Shown piece by piece: positions 36,791-52,800 of a stretch of 64,000 nt of DNA. The notes under the pieces are model-generated. The model was not told the origin of the DNA and searched no databases. It worked only from the letters and a program-made list of their open reading frames with translations. Source of the DNA: Styela clava (taxonomy: Eukaryota); assembly GCF_964204865.1 (NCBI RefSeq), contig NC_135254.1:11346001-11410000 (forward strand). Reading direction: 5' to 3'. Each line of letters starts with the position of its first letter. Position 1 is the first letter of the stretch. Position numbers and translations under genes: made by a program.

Positions 36791-39714
36791 TCCATATCTG
36801 GTACTCTAAAATGCCTCTTTTGGTATATTCATTTTCATGTTATTGACTTACTTTATTAATGATGTATTTCAATGTAGATCGCTGAACTCTCCATTTCTCG
36901 GAAGCTCTTTCTATAGTTTGCTACCATACCATGTTGGAAGCATTGGAACGGATGCAATGATTTTAAATTGAACTAATCGAAAACGAAAAATAACCCGATA
37001 CCCCAATCCATGTTTGTGCATAGACTGTTATGAAACACTCAATCTATTTACAGCTTGTTTTTTAGTAACAATTTTTGTCACTGTGTTATTTTTGCAATGA
37101 AATTGAACCTGAACCATTTTACGTCAACGAGTGTTTTTTATTCGATATTTTTGTAGGAAAAGCATTGTTGTGATACACATACCATAGCCATGCATTCCAT
37201 CCTATCAAAGTGTATTTATTGAAGTGTAGATTCAGATTCAGATAATTTATTTTTATCATGCAAGAATCAATGCTAACACAACACAAAAGTGTATAACGAA
37301 ATTGGAAAAAAATGAAATATACACGTAAGAAATAATGTCCGAGATTCATTGCAATCGATAAGGGGTCGCGAAGGACTGTAACAGTCTTCGAGTCAGCGAC
37401 ACCTGTTGGCTGTGTATTTATTAATTAGGACCCACCGAGTGTTTATGTTACACAAGTTTGACGCCCGAACGATACCCGTTCGTGTTTTTGTCTTTTTTAT
37501 TTTAAATATATGTTTGTGTGTTGAATATGGGTAAACTAGCGCATGTATATTTACATGTATTAAACCTTTATATAGGTTTTGTCAGTTTCCCCGAATTTAC
37601 CAATCTTCTGTGTGTACATTGTTTGTGTTTTGTGTATGCTTTCTTTGCGGGAAAATCAAAATATAACATGACGAAATCAAGCAGCCCACGCTCATCGTCG
37701 TTCTGACAGGGCAGGTTTTTGGTATTTTGTGCAAACTTTAACTTTTGTGCAAAGCGTCTTAGATTTCTGAAATTTTTGGTTATAATCATGCACAAACAGA
37801 AATTTAAGCAGTCTATAGACAAATCTAAATAATTCACTCCGTTTTCGTAGAAGTAATTGAGAAATTTATGAGTTCCATATTTTGGGGTCACCCTGTATAA
37901 GCCAAAATGTATGTACAAATCATAAAACGTACGACTCTATTAGTCTCTGGGAAGTTTTAGTATAATAAGGACATAGCGGCCAAAACTTGAGTGTACCAGA
38001 GTACTAGACTGAAGTTAGGTGCCAGCAAATTGAAACAAAAAGTATAACGATTTTTGCAGTGATGTTGGTGAAGTATGGATATAATTTTACTGCTGTCAAA
38101 GGTCGGGAAAACATTAAGCCGTGAAGTTTTCGTTATAGCGATTTTAATTTATACTTATATATAAATTTGCCCGTCACGCATGACTGCATTGTTGTGCATA
38201 TTCCACAGGTTTCGTTTAATTTTGAAGACCGACTCAAGTTAGTGTTTGAATGTATCGGTATGTCTACTTACATCAATTATGTAACCAAGATGAATCTTAA
38301 ACAAAGAAATATTGTTGTTGGCCTAGTAACCATGGTTCATCCTTACGTGTGGAATCCCAGGAACTGGTATCGGTAGGCTACGCTACGGTACTGTAGAACA
38401 TATTAAACCAAGACTTACCTACTGTACAGAAAGGAGCTTGTTAGGAATTTCCGGTTCTTCATACTGGGTACGATATCTATATGCTCATGCAGCCATAAAA
38501 GGTTAGGTACCTGAATACTTTACACTAAAAAGGAGGAACTATTTCCAGATATATGGACATGCAAAGTGGCTTCGCTCCTGTGGTTAATGTAAAAAAGTGT
38601 CATACACATTCATGATGATTTTGCTTCATGCGTTGTCTGATGAAAATGATCTGTAAATCAGTAAACCGTTTTACACATGACATTTATGTATCAAATATGT
38701 CAATTTTTTTCATATCTTTCGACTAATATCAGAATGCCACAAAAATGTAAAAGTCTCTCTTGGCCCACTTCTCACACATTTGCCCCGTGCTTGGTAAAAG
38801 TGCGACACCTGTGTGGGGAAACTTGTGATTGCCGTACAAGTAGCAGAAGATCTACAGGTGATTCATCAGTGGTACAAGTGGTCTGATAACTCGACTAAAG
38901 GGAAGTGTGTAATATCAATTGTATGTTGGAATTTGATGTGCCCAAAAATCAAACTGTAAACTAATAGATATATATATATATGACAATAATTTAACATATA
39001 TTTTCATATTCAAACAAAATTTTACTTTTGTTATTATTATGATGTGCACAGCATCTGGAAAGGTCACTTGATAAATTGACCATACGAAAAAGTTCAACTG
39101 ATAAGTTATGACCCCATGTTCTAGCTAGTGTATAATTTATCATAATCAAAACTAGTCTTATTTTTTTATTATGATGTAGAAAACGATCAAAATGAGTGAC
39201 CACCAGCTGTACAATAGAATTCATTTACGTTGAGGATATTATCAAGCAATCGATTAAGGTAATGTCTTCGCCACTGAGTTCACGGATATTATTTTATGTT
39301 ACAACAATGACCACGAAATTTCAACTTTACTCTAATCGCAATTACTGCGAATAAGATATCAGTCTGATCATTCATTTGAAATATATTCAGCCAACATCCT
39401 TATTCTATGGTGAAGCGCTGTCTTCTGTTCCGGTTACCACTTCATGTTAGATAAGTCGTCAACCAGTTAATTGTTGTTTATGCGGATAGGTTAAGTTTAT
39501 TCATAATTATTCTCCTGTATTTAACAGCCACATCTGCTCGATGTTTACCGACGATATGCCAGTAATCCAAGACCAGGTGAAAACTTAATATACCTAATTA
39601 CATTTTATTTCATAATGTTTATTTTCAAAATCTCTAATTTGTACAGTTTCCGTGGTATCAATGATTTGTTTAACTGGTTTTACTTTCTTTAACGTTTCTT
39701 TATATATATATAAT

Positions 39715-39915
39715 TATATGCGGGGGGATTGATATACTCCTCTCCGTCGTAGGGTGGTTCTCGTAAGCGCTATTGGTTCCGGCCTTCTCCGCCGTTATGT
39801 CCATGCATCTGAAACAAAAAACTGTCCAACTTATCCCAAACCCGACATGGACTGGTAACTGGATTAGAATCCGTGTTTCGCCATCTTATCGGCGCCCACT
39901 CTCCCGAATGGGAAG
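39715..39915 (+). mobile_element. Diverged SINE body
   Basis: ggtggttctcgtaagcgct...gtccatgcatctgaaacaaa...acatggactggtaactgga...tcttatcggc. Confidence 0.6.
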
Positions 39916-42900
39916 GAGGAATTCGAAATTTAGACTTCAAGCCCCGAAAAAACTTGAAATTACGACTCTCGCACCAACATTGATAAAAAAAAGTTCACAC
40001 TTTTTTATAAATATAGTCGATTAATTTCTTAGTGATTGCAGTCACCAGAGGCGGTATAGTATTACACGAAAACGTCAGCTTTCAGCATGCTTGGGTTGAT
40101 TGGAATAATTAGGACATTAGGTTATTCCTTGAAGAGTTAATAAATCAGCATTTTCAGTTTTACCATAGTCAGATATTAGAGCAATCTTATAAAAATTGTC
40201 ATTGCGATTCAGCAATGCTTCCATAACAGATGACGTACTTACACTAAGAATAAAACCATTTATCAATTCAATTCTTCAAAGACGCGCTTACGTCGACCAC
40301 GGCTTACGACCGGAATTACGCAGACGTCCCGAAATAAAGACGCAGACTGTGTAATTGATTGAATACTATTTTTGGTTAAGCCAATAATATTCAATAATGA
40401 AGTTTTGGATGATCAGTCGTAAGACACTTTTTTTCAAGTTTTCTGACTTTATTTGGTCGTATACACATCATAGCCCCATAAACTTGATTATATTGGAATT
40501 GTTGTTAGAAAGCGTCCGCCCTTTGTCCATGCTTGACACAGTGATATAGACATTTTTTGTGCAATTTGGGTTCATTTAGTTCAGTATTGTACGTTTTGCT
40601 CATTAAACTTATTATTATTCGTAGTGGTCTGCTGTTTGTAATCTTTATTCTGGAATGGGTTTGTATCTCGCGTACAAAACATAACCCGGAATTCAAATTG
40701 AAGATGTAGAATGAATATAGTAATTTATTTTTGAATTATTATTACAATTTGTGTGCTTTTCATATAGAATTTTTTTTTATATCATCATCAACTCTTCTTT
40801 TCGTTTATGTAAGTGTCATCAGTTTATTGATTGACTGTAAAAATTAAAAAATGTTTAAAACTACAATAAATGTAATAGTATATATATCCAATAGGCGCAT
40901 TACTACTAGCGACTCGCTATGAATAGAGCCAAATTCTCTTGTCGTATTTTTCGGGCATGCTTTTGATGGATGGTATTCGAACGAAATCACATCATTGCAT
41001 TACAAAGCCGCAACCGGAAGGCTCCGTAACATGATATCGTTATACAATTACTATAGTATAAAGGAAAAGAAACCCCCGCTTTCTGATTTCCTGTATTAAA
41101 ACATTTTTGCATTTTATTCCATATTGATGAAACATCCTATTCGGAAAATTCATACTTACAATTTTCCTGGGTGACGTCACAAAAATTTTCCAGGACGTGT
41201 AAGGCGTCAAAAACACGATATGCTTTGTCGAATTTTTGCACGTCCTCTGCTTAAACCTCAAAACAAGCCATTGATGGAAATTGTGTTCCTGGTACAAAGC
41301 GGTATTTTGCGTAGGGCAGGAGGGAAATATAGATATAGCGCGAAATCATTTACATCTACTCTCTTCTATGAACTAAATTATTCCAGTAAACATTTGAGTT
41401 CTGGTTGTCATCATACATACGTAGATGTTGGTGGATTGCTTTGTTTTGATCTTGAATTTACCACGTTTGTCCGAGATGTTCTCTGTCGAGGGGCTTTTGG
41501 AGACATGGCATCTGAAATATTCCAGATATACGAATACAATAAACGGCACCTTCCTCTCTTTCTCCCGCAATTTCTCTTGGTATTTTGAGGACTTTCCGTT
41601 ATCCGGTAGACACTAATGTTCCCATCAAGGTTTGCACATTGCGGTTTGAAGTGTGTAAATTCTACCATTCTCTCGGTCCTTTTCTACCAATGGCTATTAG
41701 ACCAGATTTTTTGTCGTTAGATTTGTCATATCCAATTTCGAAGCCATTCGCTTAATTAATACTTCCCAAACCCCATTATCGGACAGCATCATATTCAGAT
41801 TAAATTTCAACATACTGCGAAACAAGAGGAATTGTGCAATGTTACTGCAATACTGCGCGTTGAAAAGTGAAAAACATAATAAAAAACATGTCATTTTCAG
41901 TTTAAGTCATATCAGACTGCCAAAATTGCTAAAAAGTATATTGTATTTGTGAAATCTCTCCTGGGTGAGGAGGTTTGGGGTCAAACCAGGTACATTTTGC
42001 GTGACCCACTTCTTATTTGTTTACGACACAGAAGAATATAAACACAGTATGTCAGAAGGTTTAGCGGTGACTTTCTTAGAGACCCCATCGTGCCCGCCTT
42101 GTACACAAGCATTGATGCGTGCACACGAATCAGTTTCTATTTCTAAATTAGTTGTTTGCAGAAGATTGTTGTTTTTCCGAATATGCCGGTAAAGGACGGA
42201 TATACATTTTTTGACGACCACCATTGATGAAGCATGAATGTTTAACTCTGTTTAGCTTTGACTCATACATGGGGTTATGCCACTGCTGTATTACTTTATT
42301 TGACGTCACCACATCAGCTGATGTTTTCTAAACAACAAATCAGCCAAGTAGATTTTCCACGGTTCGTGATATGCCACGACCTTGTGGTACGCCGCTCAAC
42401 TAGGCGATATTTACGGATTTTGCGCAACTCTCGATCCCGTCGCGGGTGATCAAAGCTAAAATGAGCGTCTTTGACTAATCAGTAAGTTTGTGATTATGGC
42501 ATGGCATATGTTTTCCAAAATTTAGCCGTCGTCACATACTGCAAGAAACGTATTCTAATCATAGTAAACAGCCCTTCTAAGATCATGAACGAACTTGTAT
42601 GATTACTTGCTTTCAATCAGTTGTTCAGTTTGATATTTCGAATGCAAGAGTGTTGTTTAAATATCAAAAACTTTTGCATTGCTAGCAAATGGCGTGTGCA
42701 AACAATGGTAGATCTCTTTCAACGTTTATAAATTCAATTATATGCTTGATGCATAGCCTTTTTTGCGACTATGTAAGACTGGGATAATAATAGATAATTT
42801 TCCAATGACCATATTGTTATGGTATTCTTTGCTATGTTGTGAATTTATTTACTGAACATAATAACCGTCTTTGTACTGAATATATTGTGAATATATTTTG

Positions 42901-45900
42901 CAAATGCTTTAAAATCGTTACACCTTTGATGTGTGCCCCAAATCAGCGCTTTCTCAAACAAGTCGTTGCAGACGTTACGTCATTGTTGAAAAGCGTAAAT
43001 GTGTGCACTTATTTACACAAGAAGGATTATGCTATCACACTTGGCACTGACCAAACATTCACGGAGTAGGAGAATTCTAACTTGAATGGTTTTTACTCCT
43101 TTTATTTATGATTATCTTAGGCTATGGCAGTTTATTGCCCAACGTTATGCTTTACTTTCCTACTAAAAATTGATGTTTTCCAATTACCAATCTCTCATTT
43201 ATTAACCCGGAATTGGCAATCGTATTTGAGGCCGAAAGTGGTGACCAATTTAAAAATTAGGGAAATGAATTTATTTTTAATTATTCCCGCGTATTACAAC
43301 GTTTTAAGATTATGTAGAACGAGCGGTGGCACTTTGGTATGCGAACTCAATTGCTTAACGTTATCTCAATCGCATAGATCACACAATAGCTCAGATCGCA
43401 TACCAAAATACACCGAACGAGTGGCAAGTAGTTAGTATGCTGCTTTCGACTGATTGGCTTTGTGTATTCAAATTAATTTTTGCAAATTTCGTTTTCTAAT
43501 TGATACTCATATCAGTCTAAAGCCTTTTAGTTGAAACACATGAGGGGAAGCTGTAAAGTCGGAACCGAACATTGTCTGTGAGTGTCAAATATGAACAGAT
43601 TACTTGTCTTTACAATCTGATGTACCAAGAATGTTATAAACAGTAACGGAAGTACAAACTCGAAGTTGTCATCAGGGCGTATAACAGCTGTTTAATAGCC
43701 TAACCAAACACTATCTCAAGAATTACGATACTTGTTACAGCAACAATAATATTATATACTGGAGTGAATCGGCTTCCTTTCCCGCTGCATTCCAAATGTT
43801 TAAAGTGGATGACCTCAACCCCCATATTGTAACGGTTTCTAGCCCATATACCGTTTTTCTAGCCCAAGGTTATTTGAAATGGGGCATTTGGAATTGTATT
43901 TCCAAATCACTGCAATCCTAATGGTGGCAATCAGATCTCAACAAATTTTACACTTGTACTTGAAAGCATTAAGCATGGTACTTCTAAATTGCCAGTTTTC
44001 ATTATAAAAAAAAAACACTACCAAGATCGCTACGATTTGTTTGTATCGGGGAAATGTTGTTACGTGTCATAGACAAAACTGTAACTGTTATTGCAATTGT
44101 TCTCTTCACTTATCGTGTTTGGTTTTGAAACCGCCACGAATCGCGTCATTTTGTTATGTGGTAACCAGTACGAACTCTTCGGTATCTCGTTTATTTATGT
44201 TTACTGTACTTGACATTGTTTCACTTCAAGTTTCTTTCACAATCTATTGTCACCATTGAAATTTGGTAAAAGTTTTCACCCACCCACAGACTGATTCTCA
44301 GCCGATACATGTCGTGAAATCGAAATAACGATATTATTAACGTAAACGGAGTAGTTTCCGAGATTTAAAAGACAAAACAATTGAAATGGCATATTCTTGT
44401 CAATGGCAGGCGTGGATAAGTTGGCTTCTTATAGACATTTAGTATATACTAGTTTTACATGTTTATTATTTTTTAATGTTATGTTCAAATAGAGGGTAAT
44501 AATCTTTCACTCTGAAAAGTATTTGTTACAGAGATATAATTTTCTGAGGTATAACACTCCTTGCTTTATTTCCGCTTATCAGTATTGCTATGTAAACTTT
44601 GAAATTTTGATAATGTTTTGATAATTGTAGTCATGGTGACAAAATCATCATATCGTATATTTGATGTTATTCCGAATATTTGCCCTTAGGCTTTGTCTTT
44701 TCGCATCCCTACGTCAAAAGATTTTGATAAATGGGTCGCATCATTAACTTGTGTATTTGTACAATAAATGGATTCTACTCAGCCATGAGATATTTTATTG
44801 ACTTCTAAATTAAACGGTTGAAAATCCATCTACGCTGCATTGTATACGTTTTCGTACGAAAGACGATAAAGGCGAATAACTGAATCTGATACCGGACCCT
44901 TCGCTGACTGCTAGGTCATGGTTCTTGCTCCTTGTTTTCGTTTCTGCCCTAATGAACCGGTGGATATGTCAGATCACACGTACTATCAATTCAACCACCG
45001 TTTATGTTAGAAATTTAATCAATGTTATATGGAATGTTTCCGTGACATGATGTACTTGTTCCCGGAGAAGGCAAGTATTAAAAAAATGAGTAATACAGAA
45101 GATGACATGATTGTCTTTCATTTTTTCTTTGATATAAAAATAGGAATTGCAAACAGAAAATCAAATCAATTATAAGTTGGCGTTAAAACGTTAAAATGCC
45201 CAATGGTGCCGGTAATAACGTCCGATAGAATTTTTTTCTGTTTTTTTTTTGATACAATGGGCGCCTTCTATATACAGAAACGTTACCATTCCAGTATCTC
45301 GACCAACTTAACACTCTATGCAACGTATATAGAAGGTCTTCGGCATTCAGTTTTATTTATTTTTTGAAGATTAGTGCAAACCCAAGTGGCGACAAGAACG
45401 CTAGACTAGTTATGGCATATTCCAAAACACCATGTATTGTCCCCACCACAGAATCTGTTATGACTTTTATTTTAAAACGTACATCTGAAAGTTTATCCCC
45501 CAATTGTGATTCTAAGCATTTGATATTTGCATTCGATTTTTTCGAAGAAATTCGCAACCGGGATTTTAAAAAGTCCGTTACATTGACATACTGATGAGTT
45601 CAAGATTCTGTTGATTGACACTAACAGCGATCCACATTCTTGTCAATCAAACACATTCCTGATACACCGGGCAGACCTTGATTTCGCAAGATAACTATGT
45701 TATTTTGAGCTTTATTTACTTCTTAATAAAATTCTTGTTTACGAGTATCATTCGAGGATGTCATCGCCTGGCTCATCAGTTCGTCGTTAAATTTGTCTGA
45801 CCTGAAAGCGATTACATCATTTTAAATTCAATTTCAAGGAGTCAAAATCGATTACCTCCCACTTCTATTATTTTTCCATACACTGCATTAGTAAACCAAA

Positions 45901-48900
45901 CTTGAACCGATGTGAAAACTGCCGTGCCAAGCTTTTCCCAGACCAACACCAAGGTCTGGAATAAGTAGTTCTTATAGAATTAAATTTCGTGTATTTTTTC
46001 TATTATTATTCACATAAACGTAGCTTGTGACTAACAATATGTCTGGTGGACCACAATTTCGTATTTTGTCTTCCTAGGAACTGCAGCACTTTATTTAGTG
46101 TCCAAGTAAGGCGAAATGTTTTTTAAATTTTGATTACGTAATAAATCGAGAAGTAACTCCCTCATAAATATTTAAATTGGAATTCCCCAGCTTTCAGGAA
46201 TCATCATCGCTCACTTGATTATCTGATTACAATATAATGTAATGTTGTTATTACGTTCAGATGCTTCGAACAATGAACTAGAAGAGACTTACAGAATTAA
46301 AAATTGTTATTAGTTTTTCCTCGGCTGTCATAGTGTTATATTGTTGAATTTCATATTTCCTGAAGGGTATGAATGAATTCACGTTACGCGGATTAAAAAT
46401 GACTCATTTTTCAACAGTATGTCTTTTCAACAATCAAAATATTTCTAGTGTCAACTACTATTTGACATTCACATATCGCATGAATATATATCCGTAGATT
46501 GTCATCGCACCAGGGGTAGCTCACAATTATCAGTGCAACTTCTATTAGTTTTCATTTTTATTCGCGGTTTTGGGACATTGCTTTGATTAAACTTATTCAA
46601 AACGAGACCAATGCTCCAATATTTGGGCACGAAAGTAGCGCATCGATACCGGTGAGGTCTTAGCGGATCACTGAATTTGCTGATAAGTTCGCGGACAAGC
46701 GTGAAATAGAAACATATTTTTAATAAATTTGTCATAAAAAGTGTTTCCGTGAATTAGAATAAATCAGCTCCATTTTGGCCGAAATATCGTGTTCTATGGG
46801 GGTGGGGGGGACTGTAATATATATAGATTTCCGGCGATAGATCTATTAGTATCGGATAAAATATATTTTTCTCGGCAATTACAAAACAACAATTCAGCAA
46901 ATCAATCCATAGGTCCGAAAATAAATTCATTTTGGGCGATCTGATAGTTGCCACTTTTTTCTGACTTGTAAATACGCATTGGGTAATTTGAAAAAATTGG
47001 GTTTGACTGCGAATATTCTTAATAAAGAAAAAATGCAATACACTAATGGCGCTAGAGCGGCGGGATCAATTTTTAAAAATTCGAAAAATGTCAGTTTGTT
47101 TTCCGTACCAGCATCACCAACACGTTTCTTAGTACTTAATTAATCAATTAGGAAAATGTCACTACGTGTATCAGACAGCTACGAATCAAGTGTTTGTCTT
47201 TTGTTATTTAAATATGTCTTATCTCATATGCATTTTGAGTCAGATATCATCTAGTAAATATGAATAAACCCACAGATGACGTCACTCATCGACCAAGAGA
47301 CAACAGCTTACAGTAAAAATTCGCTAATATTAGCATTACTGATCATGTAACATAAATGAATAAATAAACAGCAGCATGAATATGAAAATTTAATGTCTCG
47401 GAAAATTCTCGCCTTTCTCTACCCGTTCGTGATTCGATACATTTTCCGCCCAGCACCAGGGGGTAGAAAAGGGTCACTTTTCCTAATAAGGATCCACGAA
47501 CTCATGAAAACAAGCCGTGCACTACAAATTGGAATTTCGTCTGCCTGCTCATCCTAAATTCGTAATAGTTATGTTATTAACCCCTTACGAATCCTTTACT
47601 TTTAATGTTATTGTTTTTGTCGTCTCGCCAGAATCAGGGAAAATAAGGGTTAGGTTGGGTTCCGTTAGCATATTTAAAGTAATAGTTAACCCAGTGAGTC
47701 ATACGTGGAAAATAATGTCTTGGATTAGACCCACACACCCATCACCCAACAATACCAGCGTGATATCATCAAGTATTAAGGGTATGGAAATGGTAATAAA
47801 CATTTAAAAATTGAATATTGGTTGCAGTAATAGCGATGTAATATAAATATAGCTCATTTACTGAAATTTTGGTAAATTCAATCTAGATTTCATCATCAGT
47901 TTTATTAGAAAGATTGAAATATATATATGTAACAGGTCGGATAATTTAAATTGATGTAATATTACTTGGTAAACCACCTTATTTTGCGTGTTCATAAAGC
48001 CGAAGTCTCTTACAGAGTCAAATGATAAATTTTAAAAACGGTAAAGATGCTTTACGCAAAAGACAATTATTGAGCATTTGACTTTACTGTGGTATTTAAG
48101 AAAATATATCTATTGGTTCTATATTAAAGATCTAACTCGCTCGAGAGTTTAAGAAATATTGAGTCATTTTGTTATTGACATTGGCAAATTTGACTATCAG
48201 CAGGGCATTCAATCAATTCAAATTGTGTACTCAAGTTACTTGGTTTCATTTTACCATCAATGCTCCAATAAATGAAAAAGGGTTTCGCGAAGCTTTTCTC
48301 ACCAAAAAGGGCGTCGTCCTGTAGGACAGAATACTTGTGGCGGTATGACTCACTTAAAATAAGGAAATAAACATGTGAGACATATACGCCGTAGTGGTTG
48401 TACCCGTCTCATGGTGAGGTCAAAATTTTCCCTTTTCTAGACGCCTTTTAAATATTTATACTGTCGAGGAAGTTATTGGTATCGGATGTTTTTGCGCAGA
48501 AATACATATGATAAGAAAGTTTACCCTTGAAAAATCATTTTTTACTCCTATGGTGAAATTGGCTTTAATGAATTTCGACTTGAATGGAAGTTTACTCTGA
48601 CTGGTTATTTTCCCTGCAATGTTCGAGTTATGACGGACTCTCAGTCTAAAAGAACGAGAAACAATCTATAAATAAATCTTTTCTCTCGTCGCTCCGATAA
48701 TACATGAAAATTATTGAGACACATTTGTAATGCATGACAGTATAATGTTGAATCATTTTTACTTCAATTTACAAATTTTTATCAACAACTTAATATATCA
48801 TTCAATATTTGTAATAATAATATCGTATATAGATCTCCCGATATAGAAGCCATTATACTATTGCGATATTCACAGCACCTTGTGTCACATAGTTCGTTCT

Positions 48901-49776
48901 TTCTGTCGTGCTCAAATTTGAAAAAATTGTATGCTTCAGTTTAACAGGTAATATTTGGGTTTAGCCTAGATCTAGTAGCTGTAGCGAATGTTTGACTTTG
49001 CAGGTTAGCGTTCATGTATATGAGCTGTTTTCCTTTTTGACCCAGACCCCCCACTCAATACCCTTGGGGAATATGAAATTGCAGTGACTGCTCCAACCCA
49101 CTAAGATTTGGTTTAAACTAAAGCAATCAGCATAGCCATACGGTCTTGTTCTGTTGGAAAACATTTAGGAGACAAATGATTTGAGAAAGTACATCAGCTT
49201 GCTCTCAATAGATATTTTATACATTGTTGAAACAACTGACATCAGTACGTGTTATGGTTTCTCCATGTGGTTCGGATCATATTTCACAAGACCTATTCAC
49301 ACCGTTATACGGACGATGAACTTGACAGTCACGATGTCTGACGTCAATTGGTAATAATACGTTGTATAATCATATTTTCGATGGATAACACAAATCATAT
49401 TTTTGCATCAAGTAACGTACATTGGAGAAAATTCAATTCAGCCTACCAAGTTTGTTTCATAAATAAGTTGCTATTACGACACTGTGATTATGTATGGGCT
49501 TTGTCTGGCAGAAGATGATCGAGCTCATATGAAAACATTGCGATGACTCAGGCATGTTTTCAGGCACATAAGAATATTTTGCGAATATATGGATTCGATA
49601 TTGTTGGAGACAAACTGAATCTATGGATTTGTTTGCGAAATTGTTGTTGTTATGGTTGTTGTTGATGTCGTGAAAATGGATTTTTCCCGTCATTATTGGC
49701 CAACTCGAATTTTGAGTTACTTGTAGATAAAAATTGTCGCTAGAAGACCACTACCTAATATTTCACTTTTTTTTTC

Positions 49777-49868
49777 ATTTTTTCCAGTCCATCCAAAGAT
49801 TTTGCTTATTTTAAATTTATAATTTTTTCCAGTTCATCCAAAGATTTTGCTTATTTTGATTTTATAAT
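49777..49868. repeat. Tandem ~45-bp duplication
   Basis: ttttttccagt.catccaaagattttgcttatttt.a.tttataatt occurs twice. Confidence 0.85.
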
Positions 49869-52800
49869 TAATTGTTGTTGCACTTTACCTTGGTGGTATT
49901 TCGTCAAACTATTCCTATTATCTATTAAATAAAAAATTGGTATTCAGCTGACGCTTTGCCGATACCGATATGAATTGTGATGGTGGTGGAACATGACTTT
50001 TGCTTTGAATTTGCATTTGATTGATCAGATAATAGATTACAGTAAAGGTATAGCATAATCATTACGGTACTGTGTTGATTATAAGACCTTTGTGTCCACA
50101 TGGTTGAGCGCATCAGTTTGAGTTTGTTTCATATCGATGTAATAATAACTTATCAATCCATTTTGTAGTTTTACAGTTATAAAAGTATATATACTGCATG
50201 TATGTTTTAATGATCAACAGTTTATAAATGACAATTTTGTTTAACTTGACTATACAGTAAATAGTCAAATCTATTTTAACTTATCGTTGTTTACGACACT
50301 ATATCCGTTCAGAAATTTAAATTTCGGGACTTTTTTTTTGATACCATCTTAGTTGTAACACGAGACTTTAGGATAAAACGTTCGTGCTTTTTCGTAAATT
50401 TACAAACGTGATCCTGATCCTAAAGTATTGCACTATATCATAATTTGTGGGTATATTCACTAAAAAAACAATTGGAAGTAAATTTAGATAGATCTTGATT
50501 CTTCTATCTATTGGTCGAATGTCGTTGAATTACTCAGCACAATCGAATTATGTCATCACAAAAACTGTTTATGTAATATTAAAAATGAAATCTGCCCTGA
50601 ACTTTCCTCGATAACCTACGTTTTCATGATATTATGCTAAAATGTAGATGGAATGTTTCAACTTTTATACTAACATTTTCGATTTTGTGGATAGAAATAG
50701 GGCTCTTCTTTGTTTTTTCAATTTAGATAATTTTTGATAGCAAAATATTTTTAAGAATATAATAATCTCTTTCCAGTAAATGAAAAATTCATTTGTGAGA
50801 TTTCGTTATATCTAACTTCCTCGGACAAAACAAGATTGAAATTAATCAAACAAAAAATGATGCTATTATATTACCATCAATATATTTTTATTACGGCAAT
50901 AATTATATGGTAAATATAATCGATATAATCGCTAACTCAGTTTCAGTATAGTATCGAAACGTGTCATACGGCATGTACGCAATGGCGAATTCACCTTGAC
51001 CTAATTATTAGTATTTTAATCTTTGGTGACTTTGATAACGTAAACTTCAATAGCCTTCAGCTATACAGTTGTAGACAGCATACCACATGCACGCGTATAC
51101 ATGAGAATAGCCACGATATTTCAAAAAATGTACTAAAATAAAAGGTTCGCTGTGTGATTCTCAACCTCTTCTGATATATTAATTGCTATTCCCAATTTGG
51201 AACTGTTTCTTATTCCGTGACTATGCATTGAATGCAGTCTTTTGGTATTCGTTCCATCATTAATAGCTAGCAATAGTCGCAAATCGCATTCTGGCTTTTA
51301 TACAGTTTGAATAGTTCAAAAGTGTGCATAAATATGTATTACAATAATACAGAATAAATAAAGAAATGCTTCCCCAAAAACATCAAATTTCCTCCATTCA
51401 GAAGAATTCCTTCCCGTTTGGAAAACTTTACGATTGACACATATAACACAGTAAAAATTCCTATCAAATACAAACTTGTTCATAACGGTTCACTATTTCA
51501 TAATACAAACCGCACGCAAACTTGATCTTCAATTTATTATTATAGCGATATAGTGTGCCACGTTGTTGTTGTGAAACTTCAAAGTAATCAGATCCTTGAT
51601 CTTTTTTCGAGCATATTTTCTGACTGAGGCTTAATTTAGTTTGTATTTTATTCTTATTCCTTCCGGTTCGGAAATTGTTTTCAGACAATCGTAGGGTATT
51701 TATGGCTCAGAATCTCCCGTTTTACAAAATGTATACGACGATTGTGGTACCGTGTCCATAACCCCAGAGAGAAAAAATGACTGCCGCATCCTACCTATTT
51801 CTTTGATATCGATTTCGTTAAGTACTCTTTATTTGAGAGTAAATTTGTCATTTCCGTTTTAAAGCCAATGTGAAAACTAGACAAGTGTGGCCATCAAATA
51901 TGTTCTACAATTTAACCCCATTATTGCTCTCTTCTTAGTAAAGAGCTCACAGACGTTATAATGAGCTTGACCCCAACCTAAATTACTTTTTTTATTATAC
52001 TCTTTTACGGACACATTTGTTTTGTCGCTAACCAACTTCATATGTCAACTTCCCATCTGTCGTCCATTTTGTTTCATCAGCCAACTTTTTCGTAAAATGG
52101 GGCTAGTTATTGTTATACAAAATGGCGACAATGTCAACTCCGGGGAATTTCTTTAATCTCTAATTTAATTCTTTAGGAGACCTCATGGTCAGCTGCGCAG
52201 TTTTAGAGGCATCCGATGTCATCTGTTCCGCGTCACGCCATCACGTTCAATTTCCAGTGCCTCTGAGTCATGTGATGACGCACAAAGGCCTCAATGGACT
52301 ACCAACCGTTGCTATGTTAAAATTGGATGAGCGTTCTTTCAAACTTTGAAATATGGCGGCTGCAGACTCAAAGACGCCGAAACATTTTGTATGGTACTCT
52401 CCTGATCACGTACAGACCATACATGGCCTTTTCTTGCCTCAAATGATTCTTTGACTACTTGACTAGTTTAATGTCCCCCACAGCTAAAGCTACATATGAC
52501 TGATGATTTCAAAAAACATTAAAATTCCTTTTTATCTGTGAGTCATCCTCGAGACCACTTTGTGCCTAGCGCATAAAATCTGCCAGCATCAATTTACCAC
52601 CAGCCTACTGCGTATTATGACTTCATTTGACATCTGCCATTTATTGAATGATGCAAATAACAATTTTGAATTTCAAAGGCAGAAACACTGTTAATATTAT
52701 CTCACTAATCTGTTTGAATTAGCAAGAGACCACGAGACATACGTACTACTCACCAAAGCTTTTTTTTCTGAAAAAGGCTTTTAATATTCAACATGATATG

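Noticed and set aside
41380-42450. Coding-like minus-strand stretch with TAA/TAG stops (alternative genetic code or Polinton polymerase relic?)
   Set aside because: Stop frequency is about what random AT-rich DNA gives, and the motif resemblance is too weak without a search
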